A stretch of DNA of 64,000 nt, taken from NCBI GenBank assembly GCA_964016885.1, contig OZ024742.1:10726001-10790000 (forward strand), in the 5' to 3' direction. Shown one piece after another: positions 1 to 13,583 of this stretch. The DNA is from Eledone cirrhosa. Taxonomy: Eukaryota. The position numbers were made by a program, and so were the translations under genes. Below the pieces are notes generated by a model. The model searched no databases and was not told the DNA's origin. It saw nothing but the letters and a program-made list of their open reading frames with translations. Each line of letters starts with the position of its first letter. Within the stretch, counting starts at the first letter, position 1.

Positions 1-134
1 TTTTCCCAAAGTCTCCCACATGTATATATTAGTTGAACAGATACACACACTAGGTTGATTGGTCGGGTAAAAGGTAGCTAGCTAGATAGATAAACTGACA
101 AAGAGATAGATACAGGCTGTGGATATATATATAT

Positions 135-324
135 GTGTACCCCGGGTTCAATCGGGGGGTAACCACAGTAAATAAAGTACTCAATACCTAGCAGAGTATA
201 AATATTTAATATAAAAATGGCTTCTACAGGACTAGAACTGTTTCATTCAAAGGAAATCATCAGGAAAGCCCTTTCCTGATGATTTCCTTTTAATGAAACA
301 GTTCAAGTCCAGTAGAAGCCATTT
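135..324. mobile_element. PLE-derived fold-back mini-element with hammerhead-like core
   Basis: Near-perfect inverted repeat 215-324 centred at 269/270; CTGATGA..GAAA in the arms; left extension carries the gtattgagtac motif (reverse strand). Confidence 0.55.
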
Positions 325-2692
325 ATCATCATCATCGTTTAACGTCCATCTTCCACGCTTGCATGGGTTTGGATGGGAATTTTCCCACTTGAGGCAAGAG
401 TGGTTGTCTTGTTCGCATAGGACTGTCTGGCGGGTTTTCTACGGCTGGATGCCCTTCCTAACACCAACCACATTTACAGTGTGGACTGGGAGGTTTTTAC
501 TGTGTTACCTACACGGCCACATTATAGCGTGGACTGTGTGTTTTTTTGTCGTGACACCTACACGACCTCATTTGTTTCGGACTGGATATTGTGGTACCAA
601 CATAACTTTACATTGAAAGGGGTGGTGTGGATGGGGTGGGGGTAGTGGGACGGGGTGTATTTTGTTAGAGGTGCCTACTGACTGTAGTAGGTTTCACTTT
701 GTACTTAGGTAAGGCGGGTCTTCTGTATTACTGTGTAGCGCCAAAGATCTCAGTCCAGTGACATTGTCTTGGAGAGGTGTAAGTGTGTGACATCGGAATT
801 TATCAAGTCGTCCCAGGTTTTTCTGGGTCTGCCTACTCCATGGCTACCGTCTATTTTTATTGCCCTGCACTTTTTTATAGAGCTGTCGTCTTTCATGCGC
901 ATCACGTGACCATACCAGCGTAGTATTCTCTCAGGTAAACAACATCTGATCCCTCTTATTTCTAATTTTTCCCTTAGTTCGTTTATGCTTTGCCGTTCAC
1001 GTATATTACTATTACACATCCAGCGGAGCATGCCAGCTTCATTCCTCTCCAGTCTGCGTATATCCTCTGCACACAATGCCCAGGTCTCACTGCCATATAG
1101 CATTGCTGTTCGTATGCAGGCATCATACAGCCTGCCTTTCATTTTTAGAGAGAACCCTTTAGCGGCTAATAGTGGTATAAGCTCTCTGAACTTTTTCCAT
1201 CCAGTTCTGACTCTAGCTACTGTACTTTCAGAGCACCCTCCACCACTGCTGATTTTGTCACCCAAGTAACGGAAGGTGTCCACTATTCCTATAGAACCAT
1301 CTGTGCAATGGAATGAGCTAGTATTCAGTGGGCACTTGCTGCTACTTATTGCACCAGAGCACCGGCCACATATAAAATCTATGTTCTTAGTTAGCTTACC
1401 TGTGATCCCACTACCCATACTTTGCATTTGGGACATAATATGGAGTTTCTAACTACTCCTTTCCTACACACTGAGCATGGCCATTTCCCGGATGGGACCG
1501 GTGCCCTATTTTCCTTCCTACAAACTAGAACTTTAGTCTTAGACAGGTTAATTTTAAGGTCTTTTGATTCTAGGCCATGCTTCCATGTTTGGAATTTCTT
1601 CTCTAGTTCGGCCATTGATTCAGCTATGAGCGTTAGATCATCTGCGTATAGGAGTTCCCATGGGCAGCCGGTCTTGAACTCCACTGTTATAGCCTGAAGG
1701 GCAATAATAAATAGTAGGGGGCTAAGAACGGAGCCCTGATGAACACCAACTTTTACGCTAAACTCTTCACTATATTTGTTGTTAATTCTAATCTTGTTGA
1801 CTGTTTCTTTATACATGGCTTGTATAGCTCTCACAAGCCATTCATCAACACCTAGTTTTCTAAGAGCCCACCACATAATGGAGCAGGGGACTCTGTCAAA
1901 GGCTTTCTCCAAGTCAACAAAAGCTAAGTATAGGGGTTTACTTTTAGCTAGGTACTTCTCCTGTAGTTGTCGTACAATGAAAAGAGCGTCTGTGGGACTT
2001 TTACCTGACACAAACCCAAACTGCATTTCATCTAGATCAATTCTCTCTCTGATTAGTTGCGCTATTACTTTTTCTGTGACCTTCATGACCTGGTCGATTA
2101 ATTTAATGCCTCTATAGTTACTCCTATCTAGGGCATCTCCTTTACCCTTGTAGCAATTAATGATGATGCTGTTACGCCAGTCCTTCGGAACAACCCCATT
2201 CTGTATGACTTGGTTTACTATCCGGGTGACCATGGTTTGTCCCACCGTTCCAGAAGCTTTCAGCATTTCAGCAACTATTTCTGAAGGCCCTGCCGCCTTA
2301 CCCGTCTTCATATCTTTGATTGCCTTACTTATTATACTACCTTCGACTAACACTGCTGGTCCCTCTATTGGATCGATGTGGGGGAGACTGTCTTTCTCCC
2401 ATTTATTCTCCTCATTTAGTAGCCTTTCGTAGTGACACTTCCAAGCTACCTTCTTATCAGCGTCGGTGATGGCAAGTACACCATCTTCATTAAGGACACA
2501 CTTCTCCCCGACAATATCACGGTTCTCCTTGACACATTACCTAGCAATCTTGAACACCTCACGTTTTTGGTCCTCGCGTTGTAGAACATGCTTGAACTTT
2601 CTTTCCTCTGCTTCCCTTCTTGTGAAGTACACTTGTCTCCTAGCGTCCCTCCTGGCCACTTGATAGTCTTTTCTACTTCCCCCATCCTCCAT
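325..2692 (-). mobile_element. RTE-clade LINE subfamily A, 5'-truncated, frameshifted
   Basis: RT ORFs 1391-2353 and 750-1436 (NYRGIKL, QFGF, FVDLEKAFD, GVHQGSVLSP, YADD, FRYLG, RWYGHV); 13-nt deletion near 1414; 3' UTR ending in (GAT)n. Confidence 0.93.
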
Positions 2693-2695
2693 CCC

Positions 2696-2740
<45 letters not shown>

Positions 2741-2999
2741 TATATAGACGTACATCAAGTAAAGTGTATAGTTAACTGGAGAGACAGAGAACTGCAGAAC
2801 GAGAAATAAGCTGGCAGACACACAGACACAGAAATAGAGACAACTAGCTGTATGGGAGGGTAGAGAAGACATTCAGAGGAACAGATAGATAACGATAGAC
2901 AGGTAGATAGATATTCAGTGACACAGATAAATTCTTTATTAGCCACAAGGGCACAAAAGAAGGGGACAAATACAAATGGGGAATTTACATACAGGTTTC

Positions 3000-3475
3000 A
3001 GTGACATAGATAGATAGATAGAAAGATAGATTATGTTGACATAGATAGATAGGTAGATAGATAGACATTCAGTGACATAGATATATATATAGATAGATAG
3101 ATAGGCAAACATTCAGTGACATAGATATATAGATAGATAGATAGATAGGCAAACATTCAGTGACATAGATATATATATAGATAGATAGATAGGCAAACAT
3201 TCAGTGACATAGATATATAGATAGATAGATAGATAGGCAAACATTCAGTGACATAGATATATAGATAGATAGATAGATAGGCAAACATTCAGTGACATAG
3301 ATATATATATAGATAGATAGATAGGCAAACATTCAGTGACATAGATATATATATAGATAGATAGGCAAACATTCAGTGACATAGATATATATATAGATAG
3401 ATAGATAGGCAAACATTCAGTGACATAGATATATATATAGATAGATAGATAGGCAAACATTCAGTGACATAGATG
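3000..3475. repeat. ~42-46 bp minisatellite (cattcagtgacatagatatat..agataggcaaa)n
   Basis: About 10 tandem units visible. Confidence 0.9.
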
Positions 3476-3705
3476 AACAAACATATAGGCTGGTATATGT
3501 ATGAGATAGTGAGAAATATATAGTTAGAAGGTTGACCCTTTCAGTGCCAGACTACATATGACAACCCACTTCTAGTTCTTATGTAAGAACACGCTGATTG
3601 ATGAAATGGGAGAATTACAAAGATTTGTTGAAATAATAAAAGTGAAAGCAATCGGGATAGAAACTAGAGATTTGTGTAAGAAAATGTTAGAAATCATTGC
3701 TATCT

Positions 3706-3845
3706 CATATGTCATTCACCTAACCCATGCCAGCGTGTTATCTGACATGTCATTCACCTAACCCATGCCAGCGTGTTATCTGACATGTCATTCACCTAAC
3801 CCATGCTAGCGTAGAAGATGGACGTTAAACGATGATGATGATGAC
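3706..3845 (+). mobile_element. RTE/SINE 3' tail fragment with 39-bp triplication
   Basis: Three copies of atgtcattcacctaacccatgc.., followed by the tail gaagatggacgttaaac(gat)n. Confidence 0.6.
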
Positions 3846-5384
3846 CTCTTGGTCCTGATTTGAAAGGATAGCGAAGACATTGCCTTGGAGGACATTAAGA
3901 GAGAGACACACACTGAAACACCGACTCTACCTCGTGGGGCTAGCACATGTGGGGGGGGGGGCAGTCAACTCCTCTCAGACAGGAGTGAGCAGGGATATGA
4001 CCCTGGAACATGGAGATCTTAAACTTGAAACTATTCCACAACTTCAAAGTAACAACCCTTCCCCTCAAATCGATATTTAAAAGAAAACATTTTTGTTTAC
4101 CACTTGAAATAAAATAAATACAAACCTCTAAATAAATGTCTTAACACTAGATAAATAATGAGAAATGTTGTGGCTTTAACTAACTCACCCTCTCAATTCT
4201 TTCAACATCTCACAGATAATGTCTTCAATTAAAAATAAGGTAATGAAAGGGTTAAACGATATTTAATGAGCTAGGAGAATTTAATGAGCTAGACAAATAG
4301 AAAATAGACAAATATATACACACACACACAAACTCACAGAGAGAGAGATAAACTGGCAAGAGAAACTAGAAAGAGACTGATTGACAGATAGATATTTAGA
4401 AAAATAAATAAACTGAGTTAAATATAGATAGCACAAAGAAGAGACATAGACACAGATAACATATAGATATACATAGAGGGAGATATATATACATATTGTT
4501 ATATATAGAGATATATGTAGATAGGGAGGTAGATAACTAACTATCCAGGGATATAGAGTGATGGCTAGTTAGAAGTATGAAACCATTTAATCTCTTTTGT
4601 CCTTCACTAACAGTAGTGTGTTAGGCAACATACTGGATGATAGCAGAATCAACAGAACACCAAAGGAAGTATTTCACATATTTTAGTTATCTCCCTTTAT
4701 GATCTCAAGCTGGCTAGATTGCTCCACTGAACAAGTGGACAATGTTTTTTATCATTCTGGACGTTAATTACTAAAGTACCAGTTATATACTGGGGATTCT
4801 ATCAATTTCAGTACATTTATCGATATACAGCCCTGTACATTTGTCATCTTCCAGTGTTAAGAAATATTATTATCATTATTATTATTTATGTTAAACGTAC
4901 AATATAGAAGATACCATGTAGCATTATACATGTTTCTTTCTTTCTCTCTCTCTCTCTCTCTCTCTCTCCATTATGTACTTCTATACATCTGTCATTCTTC
5001 TCCATTATTACTACAACCATAATCACCACCACCAACATCAGCAGCTACACCCCACCGCCACCACCACCACTGTCATCACTCCACCACCACAACCCTCACA
5101 ACCACCACCACCATCCAGACAGACACTGCAATGCTATGCAATAAGAGTGCAACACTTTAGATGGAAAAAGATGGGGGAAAAAATCAATAGATCGTTTCTG
5201 CCAGTGTATTATTATTAAATTGTGTGGTGGAATGTATGGTGCAGTGGGAGAGGCTGGCTAAACAGGGAGCTAGATTAGATGGATAGCTCACAGTATAGCA
5301 GATTAGACTTTTCTCTTTTTCATTCTGTCCATATCACATTTCATATTGGACATTGTCACCATCATCATCATCAGCAGCAGCAGC

Positions 5385-8040
5385 AGCACAGCCACCACCA
5401 CCACCATCTTCACCACAGCCACCACCACCACCATCTTCACCACAGCCACCACCACCACCACCATCTTCACCACAGCCACCGCCACCGCCATCATCTTCAC
5501 CACAGCCACCACCACCACCACCATCTTCACCACAGCCACCGCCACCACCACCATTTTCACCACAGCCACCACCACCACCATCTTCACCACAGCCACCACC
5601 ACCGCCATCATCTTCACCACAGCCACCACCACCACCATCATCTTCACCACAGCCACCACCACCACCCCATCTTCACCACAGCCACCACCACCACCATCTT
5701 CACCACAGCCACCACCACCACCACCATCTTCACCACAGCCACCACCACCACCATCTTCACCACAGCCACCACCACCACCACCATCTTCACCACAGCCACC
5801 ACCACCACCACCACCATCATCTTCACCACAGCCACCACCACCACCCCATCTTCACCACAGCCACCACCACCACCACCATCTTCACCACAGCCACCACCAC
5901 CACCACCCCATCTTCACCACAGCCACCACCACCACCATCTTCACCACAGCCACCACCACCACCACCATCTTCACCACAGCCACCACCACCACCACCATCT
6001 TCACCACAGCCACCACCACCACCACCACTATCATCTTCACCACAGCCACCAAAACCATCATCTTCACCACAGCCACCACCACCCCATCTTCACCACAGCC
6101 ACCACCACCACCACCATCTTCACCACAGCCACTACCACCACCACCCCATCTTCACCACAGCCACCACCACCACCACCATCTTCACCACAGCCACCACCAC
6201 CACCACCATCTTCACCACAGCCACCACCACCACCATCTTCACCACAGCCACCACCACCACCATCTTCACCACAGCCACCACCACCACCATCTTCACCACA
6301 GCCACCACCACCACCATCATCTTCACCACAGCCACCACCACCACCACCACCACCATCTTCACCACAGCCAACACCACCACCAACATCTTCACCACAGCCA
6401 CCACCACCACCAACATCTTCACCACAGCCACCACCACCACCACTACCACCATCTTCACCACAGCCACCACCAACATCTTCACCACAGCCACCACCACCAC
6501 CACCATCTTCACCACAGCCACCACCACCATTATCTTCACCACAGCCACCACCACCACCACCACCATCTTCACCACAGCCACCACCACCACCCCATCTTCA
6601 CCACAGCCACCACCACCACCATCTTCACCACAGCCACCACCACCACCACCATCTTCACCACAGCCACCACCACCACCATCTTCACCACAGCCACCACCAC
6701 CACCACCATCTTCACCACAGCCACTACCACCACCACCACCATCTTCACCACAGCCACCACCACCACCATCTTCACCAAAGCCACCACCACCACCACCATC
6801 TTCACCACAGCCACTAGCACCACCACCACCATCTTCACCACAGCCACCACCACCACCATCTTCACCACAGCCACCACCACCACCACCATCTTCACCACAG
6901 CCACCACCACCACCACCACCATCTTCACCACAGCCACTACCACCACCACCACCATCTTCACCACAGCCACCACCACCACCACCAACATCTTCACCACAGC
7001 CACCACCACCACCACCACCATCTTCACCACAGCCACCACCACCACCCCATCTTCACCACAGCCACCACCACCACCATCTTCACCACAGCCACCACCACCA
7101 TCATCTTCACCACAGCCACCACCACCACCATCATCTTCACCACAGCCACCACCATCTTCACCACAGCCACCACCACCACCATCTTCACCACAGCCACCAC
7201 CACCACCATCTTCACCACAGCCACCACCACCACCACCATCTTCACCACAGCCACCACCACCACCACCACCATCTTCACCACAGCCACCACCACCACCACC
7301 ACCACCATCTTCACCACAGCCACCACCACCACCACCATCATCTTCACCACAGCCACCACCACCACCACCACCATCTTCACCACAGCCACCACCACCACCA
7401 CCATCTTCACCACAGCCACCACCACCACCACCACCATCATCTTCACCACAGCCACCACCACCACCATCTTCACCACAGCCACCACCACCACCATCTTCAC
7501 CACAGCCACCACCCCCACCACCATCTTCACCACAGCCACCACCCCTATCAACATCATCATCATCACCGCTACCATCATCATCATTAGTTTCACCACCACC
7601 ACCACTATCAACATCACCACCACCACTATCAACACCAACACCACCACTATCATCACCACCACCACCACTATCATCATCACCACCACCACTATCATCACCA
7701 CCACCACCACTATCAACATCACCACCACCACTATCAATATCACCACCACCACTATCATCACCACCACCACCACTATCAACATCACCACCACCACTATCAT
7801 CACCACCACCACCACTATCAACATCACCACCACCACTATCATCATCACCACCACCACTATCATCATCACCACCACCACTATCAACATCACCACCACCACT
7901 ATCAACATCACCACCACCACTATCATCATCACCACCACCACTATCATCATCACCACCACCACTATCAACATCACCACCACCACTATCATCATCACCACCA
8001 CCACTATCAACATCACCACCACCACTATCATCATCACTAC
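5385..8040. repeat. Compound CAC-rich minisatellite: cttcaccacagc(cac)ncat, then 21-bp accaccaccactatcatcatc
   Basis: 2.6-kb tandem array; unit type switches at ~7545. Confidence 0.95.
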
Positions 8041-8200
8041 AAAAACAAGCAGTACCATTATAATCAGCGTTGCTACTTGGTCCACTAGAAATAACAGCCA
8101 AATATGCCCTCTAAAAACATCCATTGATGTTGTATCCATCAATGGGTTTCATGAATGGTGTTTGGTTATTGAGGCAACAGAATGACCAGCTCATGAGTTA

Positions 8201-8443
8201 ACAGCTATGTGTTCCCTTACTGTAGTCCACCAAGATATCACAGCTATGTGGTTGAGTATACCAGGCATGTATTCCCTTACTGTAGTCCTCCAAGATATCA
8301 TAGCTATGTGGTTGAGTATACCAGGCATGTATTCCCTTACTGTAGTCCTCCAAGGTATCATAGCTATGTGGTTGAGTATACCAGGCATGTATTCCCTTAC
8401 TGTAGTCCCCCAAGATATCATAGCTATGTGGTTGAGTATACCA
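8201..8443. repeat. 60-bp tandem repeat x4
   Basis: agctatgtggttgagtataccaggcatgtattcccttactgtagtcctccaagatatcat repeated with no spacers. Confidence 0.92.
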
Positions 8444-8447
8444 AATA

Positions 8448-8628
8448 ATTGTTTCTACTTTTGGCACAAGGCCAGCAATTAACCAGTGTATTACTGGTAC
8501 TTTATTTTATCGACTCTGCAAGGATGAAAGGCAAAGTTAACCTCGGTGGGATTTGAACTCAGACCACAAAGGGCCGTAACACTTTGCTGCAAAGCATGTT
8601 GCTCGACGCTCTACCGATACTGCCAATG
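8448..8628 (-). mobile_element. tRNA-derived SINE family 1 (Meta-domain-like core)
   Basis: Reverse complement of gagttcaaatccc (B box), gcctttcatcct..gtcgataaaataaagtaccag and ggccttgtgcc..tagaaacaatt. Confidence 0.8.
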
Positions 8629-8690
8629 ATACATATACACATGGCTACATAGACATATATTCATACACACAGACATATATATATATATGT

Positions 8691-9583
8691 GAAGGCACAT
8701 GGCTTAGTGGTTAGAGCATTGGGCTTGCAATCGAAAGGTTGTGAGTTCAATTCTCAGACCGGGTGATGTGTTGTTTCCTTGAGCAAGACACTTTATTTCA
8801 CGTTGCTCCAGTTTACTCAGCTGTAGAAATGAGATGATTGGACTGGTGTCCCTATCATTCCACTGCAAAGTAGTTGTGGAGGTGCCACGGAAAAAAAAGC
8901 ACCCAGCACTCACTGTAAAGTGGACATGTAGGCGCCACGGGGAAAAAAAGCACCCAGCACTCACTGTAAAGTGGACGTGTAGGTGCCATGGGAAAAAAAG
9001 CGCCCAGCACTCACTGTAAAGTGGACGTGTAGGTGCCACAGGGAAAAAAGCACCCAGCACTCACTGTAAAGTGGGCGTGTAGGTGCCACAGGGAAAAAAA
9101 GCACCCGGCACTCACTGTAAAGTGGACGTGTAGGTGCCTTGGGGAAAAAAAGCACCTACTACTCACTGTAAAGTGGACATGTAGGCACCACGGGGAAAAA
9201 AAGCACCCAGCACTCACTGTAAAGTGGACTTGTAGGTGCCACGGGGAAAAAAAGCACCCAGCAGTCACTGTAGAGTGGACGTGTAGGTGCCACGGGGGAA
9301 AAAAGCACCCAGCACTCACTGTAAAGTGGACGTGTAGGTGCCACAGAAAAAAAAGCACCCAGCACTCACTGCAAAGTGGACGTGTAGGTTCCACGGGAAA
9401 AAAAGCACCCAGCACTCACTGTAAAGTGGACATGTAGGCGCCACGGCAAAAGAGCACCCAGCACTCACTGTAAATGAGGTTCGTGTTAGGAAGGGCATGC
9501 AGCTGTAGAAATCAAGCCAGAATAAGTTCCCGTCCCACCCTTGCAAGCAGGAAAAAGCGGGCGTAAAACGATGATGATGATGA
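8691..9583 (+). mobile_element. tRNA/CORE-like SINE family 2 with RTE-derived tail; ~50-bp tail unit amplified 12x
   Basis: A box TGGCTTAGTGG, B box GAGTTCAATTC, core ccttgagcaagacacttt..actcagctgtagaaatgag, tail shared with the RTE-B 3' UTR, (GAT)n end. Confidence 0.88.
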
Positions 9584-9616
9584 TATTTATTTATATATAT
9601 ATTTATATATATATTA

Positions 9617-11341
9617 GTTTTGCAAGGTTTTTGATAAGAAATCGTGTGTCGAAACAAATATTATACTTGGGGAGGGTCATATTTGTGTAATATTGCCATG
9701 TACTCTCGTTACGTAGACGATTTCAATATAGTTATAAGAACACCCCCACTAGAGAGCACTAACAAGTTTGATTTAGAATGTAGCACAATGGAAAGCATCC
9801 AGCAGATAGCTAATTCCATGCACCAGAGTATAACTGTAACTATCGACTACCCTTCCAAACACCCTAACAATAGACTACCTGTATTAGACACAGAACTCTG
9901 GATTAACACTATAGACGAGAGAGCCCAAATTCTCCACTCACACTATGCTAAACCCATGGCCTCCAAATACCTGATACTCAAAAACTCAGCAATGTCCAGT
10001 AGTGCTAAGTTTAATATTCTGATCACAGACTTGGTACGAGTGATGAAGAATGTGTCCGGCATGTGCGACCCAACAGAAATGGAAAGACACATCCAACACT
10101 TCATCAACCGCATGCAGTTCTCTGGCTACAACCAAAGAGACGGAATCAGAGTATACGAAGGAGCCACGGAGAAGTATAAGACCCTCATAGGACTGGACAT
10201 GAAAGGAATTTGCCCATTATACAGGAGCAAATCATGGAATAGCTTAGATAGGGCTAGACATAAGATAGGGAAAGCCACCTCATGGTATGACAACCAGAGA
10301 TACCAGAGAGTCATGTTTGTGAATGCTACCCCTAGAGGGAAATTAGCTAACCAGTGTAGAAAGGCCCTGAGAAAGACCCACTTAAAGATTAAGGTGGTAG
10401 AAAAGCCAGGAACCACCATAAAATCCCTGATCAGCAAAACCTACCCTTTTAAGAAAACCCACTGTACTAATAGGAAATGTATCATATGTAAGGTAAACCC
10501 CCGGATAAACTGTAAAACTAGAAACGTAGTCTATAGCATAAGATGTACAGAGGGTACCTGCAGAAACATGACAACAACATACATAGGCGAGACAGCTCGT
10601 AGCATAGGTGAAAGGATAGACCAACACTGGGGGGAACTAAAAGGACGAAAAAACGGTTCAGTACTATACGAACATGCCAGACAACAACACGACGGTAACA
10701 TAGACAACATAGAAATTAGAATAATATCTAAACATAGAAATGACCCAGCAGATAGGCAAATCAGAGAGGCCAGCGAAATAGAACTTCTGTTTACAGAAAG
10801 AATGAATGGAATAACCACAACACCCAAACAAACAACACTGACCTAAGAGAAGTATAAATAAATAGATAAATAAATAAATACATCCACAAGCACAATAACA
10901 ACAAACACATATAAACACACACTAAAGATAGAATACATTAACCAATACACAGTCACCCAATCACGAACACACATCAAACAAAACACTATACACACACGCA
11001 AACGCATGCGCAAAGACAAAAAAACAAAAACAAAAAAAACAACAAATAAATAAACATATAAACAGACTAAATAAAGATGGCGTAGGCATACACTACAACG
11101 GGAGGAAACAATAGCACCACTGACGATGTTGCAGATGTGCAACGAAAGAACTTTGATAGACTATATATATGTGTTTGTATCTGTATTTTTGACCATTGGT
11201 CAGTCAATGGCAACATTGAGGACCGAATAAATTAAATTAACCGATATAAAAGACACAGAAGCGAAAACCAACCAAACAGTGAGTGTGTTCTGTTATTAAT
11301 TCTGGCAATATTACACAAATATGACCCTCCCCAAGTATAAC

Positions 11342-11345
<4 letters not shown>
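9617..11345 (+). mobile_element. Penelope-like element (Neptune-type), 5'-truncated, with inverted terminal copy
   Basis: ORF from 9698: SRYVDD, LPVLD, CxxxxCxxC linker, GIY-YIG (NVVYSIRC..YIGETARSIGERIDQH). 9661-9698 is the reverse complement of 11302-11340. Flanked by (TA)n. Confidence 0.9.
11115..11158 (+). ncRNA. Minimal type I hammerhead ribozyme in PLE terminal repeat (degenerate stem I)
   Basis: CTGACGA-t-GTTGCA gatg TGCAAC-GAAA-gaac-TT. Confidence 0.7.
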
Positions 11346-11374
<29 letters not shown>

Positions 11375-11829
11375 TTATATATATATTTTTATATATATAC
11401 ACACAGATTTATTAATTTTATTAGACTTATTCAGCTGAAACATATTTCACTTCCATTGGTGAAGCAGATATCTAAGGGAGGAGGGAGAGGGTGAAAGGAG
11501 TGAGTGATGGGGAGAGAGAGAGGGAAAGTGAGGAAGATAAAGAGAAAGTGTGTGTGAGGAGAGACTAAGAAAATATGTGAGTGAGAGAGGGAAGCTGAGG
11601 AAGAAAGAAATATGATGAGAGAGAGAAAGGGAAGTTAAGGAATAGAGAGAGGGGGTTAGTTGAGAAAGATAGAAAGATGGGGTAGTTGAAAAAGATAGAG
11701 GGGGTGAGTTGAGAAAGGGAGTAGGGGGAGTTGAGAAAGATAGAGAGGGGGGATAGTTGAGAAAGAGACAGAGAGAAATAAGCACCTTATGTTATTATAT
11801 ATATAAATATATTAATAATTATAAACAGA

Positions 11830-11901
11830 CATGGCATACACATACACACATATACACATATATACACACATACATATATATATATACACACATATACACA
11901 T

Positions 11902-11946
<45 letters not shown>

Positions 11947-12217
11947 TACACACATACATATATATATACACACATAAACACATACACACATATATATATA
12001 TATATATATACACACACATATACACATACACACATATATACACACACATATATATACACACATACACATACATACCTATATACACATATATACACACATA
12101 TATATACAGACATATACACATATATATATATATACACACACATATATATATATACACACACACACATATATATATATATACACACACACATACATATATA
12201 TACACGTGTGTGTATAT

Positions 12218-12258
<41 letters not shown>

Positions 12259-12410
12259 TATATATATATACACACATACACATATATACACATAAACACA
12301 CATATGTATATACACACACACACACACATATATATATGTATATATGCACATACACATATATATATATACACACACACACAAATATATATATATATTATAT
12401 ATATATATAT
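11830..12410. repeat. (TA)n/(CA)n compound microsatellite
   Basis: Directly visible. Confidence 0.9.
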
Positions 12411-12970
12411 GAAAACATGGCGTGCTGCGTGGTTGCAAATGGGTTACATATGAATAAATTTAGTCCTTCATTGGTATTTCATCGCTTTAAAGACCATATA
12501 CCTCTGGTTGGTGCGAGCAACGGCTAAAGAAAGTTGTTGGGACACGTAAATAAGGGGAACGAGCGAGACAGTAAACAATCAAAGATGGTAATGCAACGAA
12601 AAGTGAGGAAGAAGGAGTCAAGTCCCTGAAATCGATGAACATAAGTTCTGTGAAATCGTGGACGAGAGAGAATAAAGACCATCAAACCTGGTCGAAATGT
12701 GAGTAAGGAAAGAATTTTGCACAGGTCAAACGGGAGGAAGTAGGAGAGGGAGTAGCAGAGAGTGAGTGAGTGAAAGTGTGAGGAAGAGGCTAACAAAGAG
12801 AGTGACTGGTAGATGGGGTAAAAGGAAGTGAGAGATACAGAAAAAAGGGAAAGCAGTAAGAAAGAAACAGACGGAGGAAAATATATATGAAAAATATGAA
12901 AACATGGCGTGCTGCGTGGTTGCAAATGGGTTACATATGAATAAATTTAGTCCTTCATCAGTGATCTTCA
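12409..12970 (-). mobile_element. Non-autonomous partial-tandem element (rearranged-hammerhead family), copy 1
   Basis: Direct repeat 12411-12470 / 12898-12958 (period 487); homologous to 49418-49985 and 53686-54286; no coding signal; flanked by (TA)n. Confidence 0.75.
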
Positions 12971-12985
12971 ATATATATATATATA

Positions 12986-13583
12986 TGGTGGCTGCCAACT
13001 TGTTTTCGAGTATGGCCACTACTTTATATCCATGTAGGAGAACACCTACTGATGCGCTGAACGAGTGTGACTTTTTAGTCCAGCCAGCGACTTGAAAACT
13101 CTGGTACAAACACTACACTTGTGACAATTACTGACACATAGTGCTGGGCCCATTGTACCCTGTGATGATAAGTGCAGAGAGATCTCCAGATATAAAGCAA
13201 TGCCTGTGCCATGAAGCTTTTATAGTGAGCAAAGGCACTGCACAAAGCCAGTCCCACTCTCTTAACCAAGATGATATTTACCAAAAAGTCAACATCATTG
13301 GATACCATCAGGGTTGCAGGAGTTATATCAGAGTTTTCCTTCTCCTAGAATTCTGCCTTGACAAAGGCTAAGGGGTCATCTCTCCCAGTGATTTTGGATG
13401 GCCATTGACTCTTAAGAGCTCCTTTGCCCTTTGACAGGTTTTGTTTTTAGTCTTGCAGGATGTCCAAAGTCACCCTCCTCACCAAGAAACCTTGGTGGGG
13501 TTGCCAGTTTAGTCGCCAACGACCCGACCATGAGACACGTTGTACTGGGATACATGTTACCAGTAGCACCAACTGGTGACCTG

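Noticed and set aside
985-2432. Recurrent antisense ORFs opposite each RTE RT
   Set aside because: Shadow frames that repeat only because the copies are near-identical; no recognisable domain.
5279-8142. Extensin-, mucin- or His-rich protein genes
   Set aside because: Frames on both strands are open only because the repeat lacks stops. Frame-switching slips are tolerated and no splice structure is evident.
8691-8762. tRNA genes (also 45677, 54289, 24097)
   Set aside because: A and B boxes are present but there is no complete cloverleaf; each continues into a SINE core and tail.
8201-9475. CRISPR-like arrays (60-bp and 50-bp repeats)
   Set aside because: Contiguous tandem units with no unique spacers, no cas genes and a eukaryotic context.
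11757-12453. YI/CV/TH-rich ORFs (also 13412-13937, 44988-45772, 49093-49629)
   Set aside because: Dinucleotide microsatellite translations.
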